Source: Ilyobacter polytropus (lineage in GTDB: Bacteria; Fusobacteriota; Fusobacteriia; Fusobacteriales; Fusobacteriaceae). From it: a stretch of 64,000 nucleotides of DNA. This document shows, piece after piece, positions 29,796-39,959 of this stretch (positions within the stretch are counted from its first letter, which is position 1; every line of letters starts with the position of its first letter). The position numbers and the translations under genes were made by a program. Below the pieces are notes generated by a model that saw only the letters and a program-made list of their open reading frames with translations, did no database searches and had not been told where the DNA came from. Location: contig QKCP01000051.1 of assembly GCA_003246855.1 (NCBI GenBank), forward strand, positions 36,095 to 100,094, in the 5' to 3' direction.

Positions 29796-30737
29796 TTATA
29801 GATTAAAAAATCCCATGTTCCTAAATTTCTCATATCTTTGAACCTTAAGTTCCTCAACTGTGAGGTTCTTAAGCTCTGAAACTGCTTCTAAAACCTTTTC
29901 TTTTAAGTTATTTGCCATCTGTTCCGGGGCTCTGTGGGCTCCTCCTACTGGCTCGTTTATTATACCATCTATAACTTTTAGCTCTAGTAAGCTTTTTGCA
30001 TCTATCTTTAGGCTCACTGCTGCTTCAGGTGCCTTCTTTGCATCTTTAAAAAGTATAGCCGCACATCCTTCAGGAGATATTACAGAGTAAACACTGTTCT
30101 CAAGCATGAACACCCTGTTTCCTACTCCAAGCCCTATGGCACCTCCGCTTCCCCCTTCTCCTATTACTATAGATATTATAGGTGTAGCAAGTCCAGCCAT
30201 CTCAAGAAGATTTCTTGCTATAGCCTCGCCTTGTCCGCGTTCTTCCGCCTCTTTTCCAGGATAAGCCCCAGGTGTGTCCATGAGGGTAAGAACAGGTATT
30301 TTAAACCTCTCGGCCATTTTCATAAGCCTCAGGGCCTTTCTGTAGCCTTCTGGGTTTGCCATAGCAAAGTTCCTATGAAGATTTTCTTCTAAATTGTTTC
30401 CCTTTTGGTGCCCTATAATTACGAACTTCTCGCCACCTATTTTACAAAGCCCCCCAACTATTGCCGGATCGTCTCCGAAAAGTCTGTCGCCGTGAAGTTC
30501 AACAAAATCTTCCGCTATATATTTCACATAATCTAGGGTATGCGGTCTGTTCGGGTGCCTGGCAACCTGGGATTTTTCCCACGGATTTAAATTTTTGTAT
30601 ACCTCTTTTATCTTTAAATCAAGCTCTTTTTCCAATTTATCAATTTCGGAAGAAAGGTCTATCTCCTTTTCTTCTGAAAATTTCTTGAGCTCACATATTT
30701 TCTTACTCAGAATTTCTAACTCTTTTTCAAACTCCAT
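29796..30737 (-). CDS. accA: Acetyl-CoA carboxylase carboxyltransferase subunit alpha
   Basis: 313 aa with RHPNRPHTLDY, DTPGAYPG and IGEGGSGGA. Confidence 0.97.
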   Translation of the reverse strand: MEFEKELEILSKKICELKKFSEEKEIDLSSEIDKLEKELDLKIKEVYKNLNPWEKSQVARHPNRPHTLDYVKYIAEDFVELHGDRLFGDDPAIVGGLCKIGGEKFVIIGHQKGNNLEENLHRNFAMANPEGYRKALRLMKMAERFKIPVLTLMDTPGAYPGKEAEERGQGEAIARNLLEMAGLATPIISIVIGEGGSGGAIGLGVGNRVFMLENSVYSVISPEGCAAILFKDAKKAPEAAVSLKIDAKSLLELKVIDGIINEPVGGAHRAPEQMANNLKEKVLEAVSELKNLTVEELKVQRYEKFRNMGFFNL

Positions 30738-30776
30738 TCTTTCCCCTCCTTAAAAACCTCTCCTCAAAAATTAGGA

Positions 30777-31649
30777 TTACACCAAGTTGCTTAATATTTT
30801 ATGGATAGTGTCCTTCAGTTCCTCTCTTTTAGCTATCACGTCGACCATCCCGTGTTCTAAAAGAAACTCACTTTTTTGAAAGCCTTCTGGGAGCTTTTGT
30901 TTAATTGTCTGCTCGATAACCCTAGGACCTGCAAATGCTATAAGGGTCTTCGGCTCGGAAACTATTACATCCCCTAACATGGCAAATGATGCAGTTACCC
31001 CTCCAGATGTAGGGTTTACAGGAACAGCTATATAAGGCAACCTCGCCTCTCTAAGTCTGTCTAATGCCGCTGAAGTTTTAGCCATCTGCATAAGAGAAAC
31101 AAGCCCCTCCTGCATCCTAGCACCACCGGAAGTGGACACTATTATTACAGGCAATCTCATCTCTATCCCTCTTTCAATTGCACGTGTCAGCTTCTCTCCA
31201 ACTACTGATCCCATGCTACCGCCCATAAAGTCAAAATCCATCACAGCTAAACTGACTTTTAGTCCGTTCATATTCCCTGTCCCGGATATAACTCCGTCGT
31301 TTAGGTTGGTTTTTTGCTTAGAAGATTCCAGTTTTTCAACATATTCCGGAAACTGCAAAAAATCCTTTGAACTTATGTTTTCATCATATTCCACAAAGGT
31401 CCCTTCGTCTATTAAAAGAGCTACTCTTTCCTTTGATGACATCCTAAAATAGTCGTCACAGTTTGGACATTTTTGAAGGTTTTCTTCTATATCTTTTCTA
31501 TACACTATCTCACTGCACCCAGGACATTTTATCCATAGGCCTGAAACCTCTTTTTCGGTTTTCACCGGTACAGTTTTTACTTCAGTTTTTTCCTTGGTGC
31601 TTACAGTTGCGTATTTCCTTCTCGTTGAAAAAATTTTCAATCTCATCAC
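30777..31649 (-). CDS. accD: Acetyl-CoA carboxylase carboxyltransferase subunit beta
   Basis: 290 aa with the N-terminal Zn ribbon CPGC...CPNC, followed by MGGSMGSVVGEK and SGGARMQEG. Confidence 0.97.
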   Translation of the reverse strand: MMRLKIFSTRRKYATVSTKEKTEVKTVPVKTEKEVSGLWIKCPGCSEIVYRKDIEENLQKCPNCDDYFRMSSKERVALLIDEGTFVEYDENISSKDFLQFPEYVEKLESSKQKTNLNDGVISGTGNMNGLKVSLAVMDFDFMGGSMGSVVGEKLTRAIERGIEMRLPVIIVSTSGGARMQEGLVSLMQMAKTSAALDRLREARLPYIAVPVNPTSGGVTASFAMLGDVIVSEPKTLIAFAGPRVIEQTIKQKLPEGFQKSEFLLEHGMVDVIAKREELKDTIHKILSNLV

Positions 31650-31888
31650 CCCTTACAACCTCGTATGAGTCAAATATAATTATGGACATTTTCTCTATTC
31701 TACAAAATTTCACAGAATTATGCAAATAGAAATTGATTTTTAAAACTTTTTATTATAGAATGATATATTGAGCCTATGATGAAGTTAGGCCTCCGTAATC
31801 TGGAAAACGTTGTTCAATCTCGGCCTACAGTTATGTACTTATTGTATTGTTAATTTCCTTGAAAAAACAGTCTAAGGGAGCGTGTAGT

Positions 31889-32506
31889 ATGAAACTTGTC
31901 AAATTTTCATTTTTCTTAGCACTTTTATTTTTTAGTTTTGCTTGTACAAATAGCAAACTGCCAGGAATAAAATCTAAGCCTGAAAAACAATTCAAAACCA
32001 TAGTAGAAATCTCAGTTGATCCGGAAAAAGAAATTTACAGCATAGGGGAGAGTAAAATAGGGGAAAGCGGTATCAAGGTGGCCAGGATGAAGTCTACAGA
32101 AGCTGCCAACGAAGCTTTAAAAGAAAAAGTACAAAAACAGTCCTATGAAATATTGGAAGGATTCTTCAAAAAGGCGGCTATATACGAAGGTAGATTCAAT
32201 AAAAAAATAATGAACAACTTAAGCGAATATGTGTCTGCAAAGGTAATGAAAAACGCAAAAACAAAAAAAGAGTGGGAGTATGATACCGGGGACATTTTTG
32301 TTTTGGTAAGCGTAGAGAAATACGATATTGTAAAAGAGACGAAAGCAATTTTCATCGAACATATAAATAAGGTTTTGGATGACTTAAAAAAGGTAAAAGA
32401 GGAATCCTCACTTTATGAAGAGGGGGAAAAAGGTTCTTCTTCCGGATGGTTAGACGATGAAAGTTCAGACGGGGTAGAAGATAAAGAATCAATCTTTGAT
32501 CTATAA
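31889..32506 (+). CDS. Putative lipoprotein
   Basis: MKLVKFSFFLALLFFSFAC has a lipobox-like Cys. AAGGGAG lies 8 nt upstream of the ATG at 31889. The C-terminus is acidic and Ser-rich. A terminator, AAGCCACTC-ATTTA-GAGTGGCTT plus T run, sits at 32511..32537. Confidence 0.65.
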   Translation: MKLVKFSFFLALLFFSFACTNSKLPGIKSKPEKQFKTIVEISVDPEKEIYSIGESKIGESGIKVARMKSTEAANEALKEKVQKQSYEILEGFFKKAAIYEGRFNKKIMNNLSEYVSAKVMKNAKTKKEWEYDTGDIFVLVSVEKYDIVKETKAIFIEHINKVLDDLKKVKEESSLYEEGEKGSSSGWLDDESSDGVEDKESIFDL

Positions 32507-32569
32507 AATAAAGCCACTCATTTAGAGTGGCTTTTTCTTTGTTTAGTCATAGAAGCTGACCTCAGGTTC

Positions 32570-33673
32570 TCAACCGTATAGTTTTATGCTCTGAACTATC
32601 CCAAGCATCATAAAAACAAATATAAACGAACTTCCTCCATAACTCATTAATAGAAGTGGAAGTCCTGTTACCGGCATGATACCCATTATCATACCTAAAT
32701 TTACAACTGTATGGAAAAAGATTATCCCAGAGATTCCGTATGCTACAAGTTTTCCATATTCGCTGTCTGATTTTTGAGCCACTAACAAAATGTTATAAAT
32801 AAGCAATAAATATAGGAATATAAGTATAATCCCTCCTATAAAACCCGTTTCCTCAAGTAAAACTGAACCTATAAAGTCAGTATGGGCTTCAGGAAGAAAC
32901 TTTAACTTATTTTGAGTACCCTGCAAAATCCCCTTACCAAAGATTCCGCCTGAACCTATTGCTATTTTAGATTGTATTACATTCCATCCACTTCCAAGCA
33001 TATCAGCTTCTGGATTCAAAAATGTCTTTATCCGCTGTCTCTGATAGGTTTTTAGCAAGAAAAAATAAGCAAACGGTATAAATGCCAAGCCGCTGCCTAT
33101 AAGCAAGGAAAAAGACTTAATATCTATTCCATAAATAAAAATCAGGAGACAGTATAAAAAAACAAGTACTAGTGAAGTTCCCAAGTCAGGTTGTTTTGCA
33201 ATCAATAAAAATATCGGTATAAAGTGTAAACTTGTAAAAAATATGGTTTTAATACCGACAAACTTCTCCCTATATTTCACCACAAGTAGAGCTGAAAATG
33301 TCAAAACTATAAAAAGTTTTGAAAATTCTGAAGGCTGTATACTAATTGGTCCTAACTTTATCCACCGTTTAGCACCAAGTATGGTGCTACCAAAAGCGTA
33401 TACAGAAAGTAACATAAGAACATTAAAAATATACACAATTTTGGAATACTTTAAGTATAGCCTATAATCTATAAGTGAAAAAATGAAGAATACAACTATT
33501 CCTAAAATTATCCATACAATCTCTTTCATGAAAAAAGAGTTGCTCCTTGTATATGTAGCACTATACACTGTTATCAAACTTATTAAAGAAAGCAGCATGG
33601 CGTTTGACACCAAAGGATAGCTGACCTTTCTTAACTTTTTTACCAACATTTTTACATCTCTATTACTTTTCAT
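32570..33673 (-). CDS. rodA: SEDS-family peptidoglycan polymerase (RodA/FtsW/SpoVE); RodA assignment by position after minE
   Basis: 367 aa and polytopic, with QPSEFSKL, PEAHTDFI and the LPLLLMSYGGSS motifs. Confidence 0.85.
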   Translation of the reverse strand: MKSNRDVKMLVKKLRKVSYPLVSNAMLLSLISLITVYSATYTRSNSFFMKEIVWIILGIVVFFIFSLIDYRLYLKYSKIVYIFNVLMLLSVYAFGSTILGAKRWIKLGPISIQPSEFSKLFIVLTFSALLVVKYREKFVGIKTIFFTSLHFIPIFLLIAKQPDLGTSLVLVFLYCLLIFIYGIDIKSFSLLIGSGLAFIPFAYFFLLKTYQRQRIKTFLNPEADMLGSGWNVIQSKIAIGSGGIFGKGILQGTQNKLKFLPEAHTDFIGSVLLEETGFIGGIILIFLYLLLIYNILLVAQKSDSEYGKLVAYGISGIIFFHTVVNLGMIMGIMPVTGLPLLLMSYGGSSFIFVFMMLGIVQSIKLYG

Positions 33674-33680
33674 CTAAAAA

Positions 33681-33947
33681 TTACCCACCATATTTTATTT
33701 TTTTCACAGGAACAGATATCTCTAATCCAATGCTCCTTCTCTCTTCTTTTGCCAAACTGCACTCAAGCCCTTGTCTCTCTATCTCAAGGTATTTTTCCAC
33801 TACCTTTATTATATCCTGCTTTAATAACTCCAAAACCTCAGAACTCAGATGAGCTCTATCCTGAGCTATTATAACCTTTAATCTATTTTTTGCAACATTT
33901 GCGCTCTTACTTTCACCTGATAATTTCTGAAACAATTCTTTTAACAT
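33681..33947 (-). CDS. minE: Cell division topological specificity factor MinE
   Basis: 88 aa with SANVAKNRLKVIIAQDR, immediately downstream of minD. Confidence 0.9.
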   Translation of the reverse strand: MLKELFQKLSGESKSANVAKNRLKVIIAQDRAHLSSEVLELLKQDIIKVVEKYLEIERQGLECSLAKEERRSIGLEISVPVKKIKYGG

Positions 33948-33963
33948 AACAGACCACCTTCAC

Positions 33964-34755
33964 CTATTTTTTAAACAATTGTTTAAATTTATCAAAAACA
34001 CCCTTAGATCTCAACGACATGATAGGTATATCCTCTCCTGCTATCCTTCCACTTATATTTTGATAAGCTTTTCCAGCTAATGCAACTGTGTCTTTAACTA
34101 TTGCTTCCCCTCTATTCGTAGAAATTATTACAGCTTCGTCATCGGGAACAATTCCTAAAAGTTCTATCTCAAGTGATTCGATGATATCATTTATATCAAC
34201 CATCTCACCCTTCCTAACCATATCAGGCCTTATTCTATTTATGATAAGTTTAGGAAGCTTTTTTTCATATGAATCCAATATACCTATTATTCTATCAGCA
34301 TCCCTTATGGCTGAAAGCTCAGGATTTGTAACAATTAGGACTTCATCAGCACCAGCAACAGAATTTTTAAAACCTTGCTCAATTCCAGCAGGAGAATCTA
34401 TAAAAATAAAATCGAACTCCTCTCTGAGTTTATCCGTCAATTTTACCATATCTTTTGGACTTATTGCATCTTTGTCTTTTGTCTGAGATGCTGCTAAAAG
34501 CTGAAGATTATCTTTTAGTTTCTTATCCTTTATCATAGCCTGCCTTACAGTTGCCCTACCCTCTACTACATCTACAAGATCGTAAACTATTCTGTTTTCT
34601 AACCCCATAACTATGTCCAGGTTTCTAAGGCCTATGTCGGCATCTATGACAGCCACCCTATAACCTTTTAACGCAAGTCCTGTACTTATATTTGCAGTAG
34701 TAGTAGTTTTCCCGACTCCACCTTTTCCGGAAGTCACTACATAAACAATACCCAT
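33964..34755 (-). CDS. minD: Septum site-determining ATPase MinD
   Basis: 263 aa with the deviant Walker A SGKGGVGKTT and a C-terminal amphipathic KGVFDKFKQLFKK. Confidence 0.96.
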   Translation of the reverse strand: MGIVYVVTSGKGGVGKTTTTANISTGLALKGYRVAVIDADIGLRNLDIVMGLENRIVYDLVDVVEGRATVRQAMIKDKKLKDNLQLLAASQTKDKDAISPKDMVKLTDKLREEFDFIFIDSPAGIEQGFKNSVAGADEVLIVTNPELSAIRDADRIIGILDSYEKKLPKLIINRIRPDMVRKGEMVDINDIIESLEIELLGIVPDDEAVIISTNRGEAIVKDTVALAGKAYQNISGRIAGEDIPIMSLRSKGVFDKFKQLFKK

Positions 34756-34803
34756 GAACTTACCTCCCCTTTATTCTGTATTTGTTTTATATGAAAATTT
34801 TAA

Positions 34804-36033
34804 TTAATCTTCTATATCCCCCAGAACTGTGACAGAGTAATATCTGTCATCGAATATATCTTTTGCAACCCTCTTTATGTCCGACATTTTTATATCTTCT
34901 ATCTTTTTCGTTATTTCCTCTATTGGTTTTATTCTTTTAAACATGAGATAGGAGTTGGCCATACGTGACATTCTTGCCTTGCTAGTTTCAAGACCAAGTA
35001 TCAGCATGCTTAATAGCTGATTTTTTGCCTTAGACAGCTCTTCTGACGTTATCCCGTTTCCTTTTATATCATCGAATTCTTCTCTTATGAGCCCTACTAC
35101 AGTTTCGTAGGATTCCTTGGTTGTCCCAGCGTAAACTGTAAAAAGCCCGCCTTCCTCATATGAAGAAAGGTATGTGTATACAGAATAAGCCAACCCCCTG
35201 TCCTCCCTTATCTTTTGAAAAAGTCTAGAACTCATATTCCCACCTAAAATATTGGATATTATGGACAGCTCATACCTGTCGTCACTTAAAAACGACGCTC
35301 CTTTTGTGTTAACGCAAAGGTGCACCTGATTTGTTTCCTTGCTAAATTTTTTATTACCACTGTTTATCTCAAATTTAGGGTCATAAGGCCTAGCCTTTAG
35401 TTGCCTGTTTAAGCTCCCGAACTTTTCATCTAATAAATTAATTATTCTGGCCTCGTCGATTTTCCCGGCTATGGATATCACAATGTTGTCTGTTGTATAT
35501 CTTGACTTGAAATACTCAAGTAACATCCCCCTTGTTATCCCGGTTACCGTCTCTATAGTCCCTAGTACAGACCTTGAGTGGTTTCCACTTATTGCAAATT
35601 CAGAGTTCAAGTCGTGTAGCTGTTCTTCGGGTACATCCTCATACATCCTTATCTCTTCTATTATCACCTTTTTCTCTTTTTCCAGGTTCTCTTCGGTGAA
35701 TGTAGAATTCAAAAACATATCCGAAAATATATCTATCCCGACATCTATGTGCTTGTGCAATAGGCTAACATAATAGGCCGTTATTTCCTTGCTTGTATAC
35801 GCATTTATATGCCCCCCTATATTGTCTATAGTTTCTGAGATCTCTTTTGCGCTCCTATTTTCAGTGCCCTTAAACATCATGTGCTCTAACAAGTGTGAAA
35901 TTCCTTCTTCCCCTGGCAACTCATTTTTAGAACCGGTTTTTACATAGACACCTATGGTGACAGAATCCAAATTTTCTATATCTTCTATTAAAACGGGGAT
36001 CCCATTTTTTAGTTCTCGCTGAACTGCATACAT
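34804..36033 (-). CDS. M16-family (pitrilysin-like) zinc peptidase
   Basis: 409 aa with HLLEHMMFKGT, the inverted HxxEH zinc motif. Confidence 0.88.
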   Translation of the reverse strand: MYAVQRELKNGIPVLIEDIENLDSVTIGVYVKTGSKNELPGEEGISHLLEHMMFKGTENRSAKEISETIDNIGGHINAYTSKEITAYYVSLLHKHIDVGIDIFSDMFLNSTFTEENLEKEKKVIIEEIRMYEDVPEEQLHDLNSEFAISGNHSRSVLGTIETVTGITRGMLLEYFKSRYTTDNIVISIAGKIDEARIINLLDEKFGSLNRQLKARPYDPKFEINSGNKKFSKETNQVHLCVNTKGASFLSDDRYELSIISNILGGNMSSRLFQKIREDRGLAYSVYTYLSSYEEGGLFTVYAGTTKESYETVVGLIREEFDDIKGNGITSEELSKAKNQLLSMLILGLETSKARMSRMANSYLMFKRIKPIEEITKKIEDIKMSDIKRVAKDIFDDRYYSVTVLGDIED

Positions 36034-36058
36034 TGATCATCTCTCCCAACTATGTTTT

Positions 36059-37123
36059 TTAATATTCTGCTCTTTTCATACTCATAATCCCCAAACAAAA
36101 AAATATTATGTTTGGCACCCAAGCACCTATTATTGGTGGAATTATTCCCCCTTGACTCATAGCTTCCAAACTAGCCTGAACCACGTAGTATGAATAGCCT
36201 AAAACTAAACTTAAGGTTATGTTTATGGCAGACCCACCCCTTACATATCTGCTCCCCAAAGATAGGCCCAGAAAACTCACTACAAAACAGGCGAAAGGAT
36301 ATGATAACTTATTATAAAGTGCCGTTAATATCTCTCTGGAGTTCCCGCCTACAGAACCCACAAAATTAGCTGCTTGTCGCATCTCTTTTATGCTTAATTC
36401 TTCAGACCTGACTTCGTCCACCAAAAAATCTTCCACCCTTTCCTGTAGATAGGGTGCCTTATAGGTAGAGAATTCCTGTTCCTCTCCCTCTTTAATATTG
36501 TTTATTACTCCGTCATAGAATTCCCAACCAGTTCCTATATAACTGGCATTTTTTGCAGTTATTAGCTCTATAATCTGACTCATATCTTCAGAAAGCTTCA
36601 CCACCTCAACATTTACCATGGACTCTTTCTGTCCGTTGATCTCTTCTGCATAGTATATATAAGGTCCATGCCCTTTGAAAAATAAATTTTTCTTAGTTTT
36701 GGATGTTTTCTCAATTTCTCCACTTTTAAGCGTCCTGCCTCTCTTTTTAGCGACCGGGACCACATTATCGTTGAACCAGTACATAAAAAGAGCCAATATA
36801 AAAGATAAGATTATAGGTCCCCTTACTATCCTTGAAAAACTAACTCCAGATGTTTTCAGAGCTATAACTTCGAGACTTTTAGCCATTTTACTGATTGTTA
36901 TAAGTGAACCTAATAGTACTGCAAGAGGCATCATATCAACTATTGCGGCAGCAAGGTCGGTCAAAAGATATAAAAAAGCATCCGAAATGTTCATTCTTCC
37001 TGTAGTAATATACTTTATAATTTTAAATAACCTGGCTACAACATATATGTTTAAAAACCCAAACAAGCTTAAGAATGTAGCTTTAAGGTAATTTTTTACT
37101 ATATATCTATCTATTTTTTTCAT
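36059..37123 (-). CDS. lptG: LPS export ABC permease, YjgP/YjgQ family (LptG by gene order)
   Basis: 354 aa. N-terminus IDRYIVKNYLK, three TM helices, a periplasmic insert, then three TM helices. It abuts the preceding paralog with no gap. Confidence 0.75.
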   Translation of the reverse strand: MKKIDRYIVKNYLKATFLSLFGFLNIYVVARLFKIIKYITTGRMNISDAFLYLLTDLAAAIVDMMPLAVLLGSLITISKMAKSLEVIALKTSGVSFSRIVRGPIILSFILALFMYWFNDNVVPVAKKRGRTLKSGEIEKTSKTKKNLFFKGHGPYIYYAEEINGQKESMVNVEVVKLSEDMSQIIELITAKNASYIGTGWEFYDGVINNIKEGEEQEFSTYKAPYLQERVEDFLVDEVRSEELSIKEMRQAANFVGSVGGNSREILTALYNKLSYPFACFVVSFLGLSLGSRYVRGGSAINITLSLVLGYSYYVVQASLEAMSQGGIIPPIIGAWVPNIIFFCLGIMSMKRAEY

Positions 37124-38203
37124 CTACCTACTCCTCGATTTCCTTAAGTACATAATGTAGGTAAGCACTGCCAATAACGCATTGGGGAACCATATCCCTA
37201 AAGCAGGGGGTATTTCCCCTTTTGAAGACATAACCATGCCAATATTTATAAATGCGACATAAAAAAAGATCACTCCTATACTTATTCCAAAGCTCACTCC
37301 TTTTCCTGTCCTGTGATGCCCTACAGAAAGTAGAACCCCCAGTATGCCTAAAAGTACTGTTGAAAGTGGTACTGCGATCTTTTTATGGAGTTCCACCCTG
37401 TAATCTAACCATTCTTCGCCGTTTTTACCGGCACTTTCTTTCACTATCTCTCTAATTGACAAGGCTTCTACATCATCTACCTTTGCCTCGATTTTATCTA
37501 AAAATGAGGCTAGAGGTATAGTCTGTTTTCTAAAGCTTCCACTTAAATCTGTTTTACCATTTTGATCCATCTGATAGAATTCTACATCTTCCATTATCAT
37601 TTTGGATTTTTCCCATTTAGTTTGTTTTGACAGTGCTACCGTTGGAAATTGACTGTTGTCATTGTTTCTAAACAGCACTAAGTTTTTAGCGCTGTTTTCC
37701 TCACTCCCTACGCTGTCTATATAAACACTGTAATCACCTATCCCCTTTACAAAAGTTTTACCCTTTAACTGTATTGGAGGGCTGGTATAGGCTATTTTTT
37801 TTGTTAACTGCCCCAATCTATAAAAAGATCTCGGTACTATCTCCTCCTGCAAAAAAAATACAGATATTGTTAATATAATAGCCACTATGAAACTTGGCTT
37901 TATTACTTTCTTTAAGCTCATCCCCATAGACACCATGGCGGTAAGTTCACTTGTACTGGTAAGCCCTCCGTAAGTTATCATTACCCCAAGAAAAAATCCC
38001 ATTGGGAGTGTCTGTGAAAGTATCGGAGGTAGGTAGTAAGATAACATCCGCAACACAGATATTATAGGCAACTTATTGACTATTATGCTCTCCATCATCT
38101 GGATTAGGATATCTATAAGAAATATAAATGTAAAAAGGCTCACCCCAAAACATACCGGGAGCAGCATCTCCTTTATTACATACCTGTCTATTGTTCTCAT
38201 CAT
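37124..38203 (-). CDS. lptF: LPS export ABC permease, YjgP/YjgQ family (LptF by gene order)
   Basis: 359 aa with N-terminus IDRYVIKEMLLP and the same topology as its downstream paralog. Confidence 0.75.
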   Translation of the reverse strand: MMRTIDRYVIKEMLLPVCFGVSLFTFIFLIDILIQMMESIIVNKLPIISVLRMLSYYLPPILSQTLPMGFFLGVMITYGGLTSTSELTAMVSMGMSLKKVIKPSFIVAIILTISVFFLQEEIVPRSFYRLGQLTKKIAYTSPPIQLKGKTFVKGIGDYSVYIDSVGSEENSAKNLVLFRNNDNSQFPTVALSKQTKWEKSKMIMEDVEFYQMDQNGKTDLSGSFRKQTIPLASFLDKIEAKVDDVEALSIREIVKESAGKNGEEWLDYRVELHKKIAVPLSTVLLGILGVLLSVGHHRTGKGVSFGISIGVIFFYVAFINIGMVMSSKGEIPPALGIWFPNALLAVLTYIMYLRKSRSR

Positions 38204-38222
38204 TTCTCCCTGTATAAGATTT

Positions 38223-38771
38223 CTAAATCTCTTCTAGATACTTTTTGATTCTCTCTTGATACTTGGACTCTTCTAGCATTTTCTTTATCTCTTGAGGCAA
38301 TACTCCTTCAAAGTTTACCGAATATTCTAAAAAATACTTTCTTATGTAAGAGTCTTCACTGAATCTCTCTATTTTTTTGCTATGCTTGCTGAAAAAAAGG
38401 ATAGATATAAGCATTATAAGTGCTATTATCGCGCCTTTAAATAGTCCTATGACTCCTCCTACCAGCTTGTCTATAAAGCCCAAAATACCTCCTTGGCTCA
38501 TTTTTTTTAAAAAATAAGTCAAAATAACTATTGCTAGGTATAAAAGACAGAAAACTATAAAATATGAAAGAGCATAGTTGAACTTGTCTTCCTTATCCAC
38601 TGTTATTGAGAAGACTTTAAAAAATTTTGGAGTCAAATTTTTTGTAGCCAATACAGCTACGACTACCCCTACAAATGAAAAAATTTCAAGTAGAAATCCT
38701 TTTCTGTAACCTAAAAATATAGTTATTGCTATGATTAGTATCAACAAAATATCCAAATACATTTTTACCAC
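38223..38771 (-). CDS. cvpA: CvpA-family membrane protein
   Basis: 182 aa. YLDILLILIIAITIFLGYRKGFLLEIFSFVG is the typical CvpA N-terminus. Confidence 0.75.
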   Translation of the reverse strand: MVKMYLDILLILIIAITIFLGYRKGFLLEIFSFVGVVVAVLATKNLTPKFFKVFSITVDKEDKFNYALSYFIVFCLLYLAIVILTYFLKKMSQGGILGFIDKLVGGVIGLFKGAIIALIMLISILFFSKHSKKIERFSEDSYIRKYFLEYSVNFEGVLPQEIKKMLEESKYQERIKKYLEEI

Positions 38772-38783
38772 CTATTTTTTATT

Positions 38784-39959
38784 TTAGATTACCCTTACCC
38801 ACAAAGCTTTTAAATATAATGTTTCAGGGATATGCAATACCCAAGGGTGATCCGAAGGCTGATAGTTTATTCCTATTACCTCTAAAAGTTTTCCATTTTT
38901 AGAAGCTGCCATTCTGGTCACCTCCAAGAGATCTTGAAGTGAAATATGGTAGGCACATGTTATTACACCTAGTATACCACCTTCATCCAACATTTTAAAA
39001 CTATCATCGCAAAGTTTATAGAAAAAATCTCTACCTCTTCTTATATCTGCTTTCTTCTTGATCAATGACGGCGGATCTAAAGTTATCACATCATACTTTT
39101 CTCCTCGTTTAGCCATTACCTCAAGTAGCGTGAATGCGTCCCCTTCATTTGTATGAAATTCTCCATCAAATCCGTTTAACTTATAGTTTTCATGGCAAAG
39201 CTTAATCGCATAAGGTTCCTTATCTATGGCGACTACCTTTTGGCAGCCTTCTTTTAAAGCTGCTATAGAAAATCCACCACTAGAAGAAAACACATCTAAA
39301 AATCTTGTGTTTATATCAAGGTATTTTCTAATAAATTTTCTGCTTTCCCTCTGGTCTAGAAAAAAACCGGTTTTTTGGCCTTCGGCTATGTTTACTATGT
39401 ATTTTAGCCCGTTGTCTTCCATTATGATTTCTTCAGGTATCTCTCCGTATATCACACCGGTTTTTTGTTCTACTCCTTCAACAACCCTGTTTTCAACGTC
39501 AGATCTTTCGTATATACCCTTAGGTTTTATAACCTTTTTTAAGGCATTTATTACTTCTTTTCTAAATACTTCTATCCCGGAATTTCTGAATTGAACTGAC
39601 AAATACTTATCAAATTTATCAACTATAAGGCCAGGCAATCCGTCCGCTTCTGAAAAAAATACCCTAACTGAGTTAGTTTCAGCGTTAAGTTGCATTCTTT
39701 TTTCATATGCCTTTTTAATTTTATCCATTATAAATTTTTTATCTATAGGCTCATCTTTGGTAGTTAGAACCCTTATATAAGACGATGTGTTCTCGGTAAC
39801 ATAACCTCTCCCTACAAACCCCATCTCACTATCACAAACGTCTACTATGTCTCCGTTACTTATGCTACCTATTACCTCTTTTATCTCATCCTTAAATACA
39901 TTAGGATAAAAATTTCTTATTTTACTATCTTTTCCTCTATTTAAAATTACTCTTGTCAT
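38784..39959 (-). CDS. rlmI: Class I SAM-dependent rRNA methyltransferase (RlmI/YwbD-like, PUA plus MTase)
   Basis: KTGFFLDQRE and DVFSSSGGFS (SAM motif I) are present, with the LDPPS motif. Start taken at the ATG at 39959, preceded by AAAGGAAAAAG. Confidence 0.8.
   Translation of the reverse strand: MTRVILNRGKDSKIRNFYPNVFKDEIKEVIGSISNGDIVDVCDSEMGFVGRGYVTENTSSYIRVLTTKDEPIDKKFIMDKIKKAYEKRMQLNAETNSVRVFFSEADGLPGLIVDKFDKYLSVQFRNSGIEVFRKEVINALKKVIKPKGIYERSDVENRVVEGVEQKTGVIYGEIPEEIIMEDNGLKYIVNIAEGQKTGFFLDQRESRKFIRKYLDINTRFLDVFSSSGGFSIAALKEGCQKVVAIDKEPYAIKLCHENYKLNGFDGEFHTNEGDAFTLLEVMAKRGEKYDVITLDPPSLIKKKADIRRGRDFFYKLCDDSFKMLDEGGILGVITCAYHISLQDLLEVTRMAASKNGKLLEVIGINYQPSDHPWVLHIPETLYLKALWVRVI

Noticed and set aside
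33681-36033. Absence of minC upstream of minD-minE (an M16 peptidase gene occupies that position)
   Set aside because: minC can be encoded elsewhere, or may be absent in some lineages. Nothing in the sequence suggests a deletion scar or pseudogene, so this is not a meaningful anomaly within the window alone.
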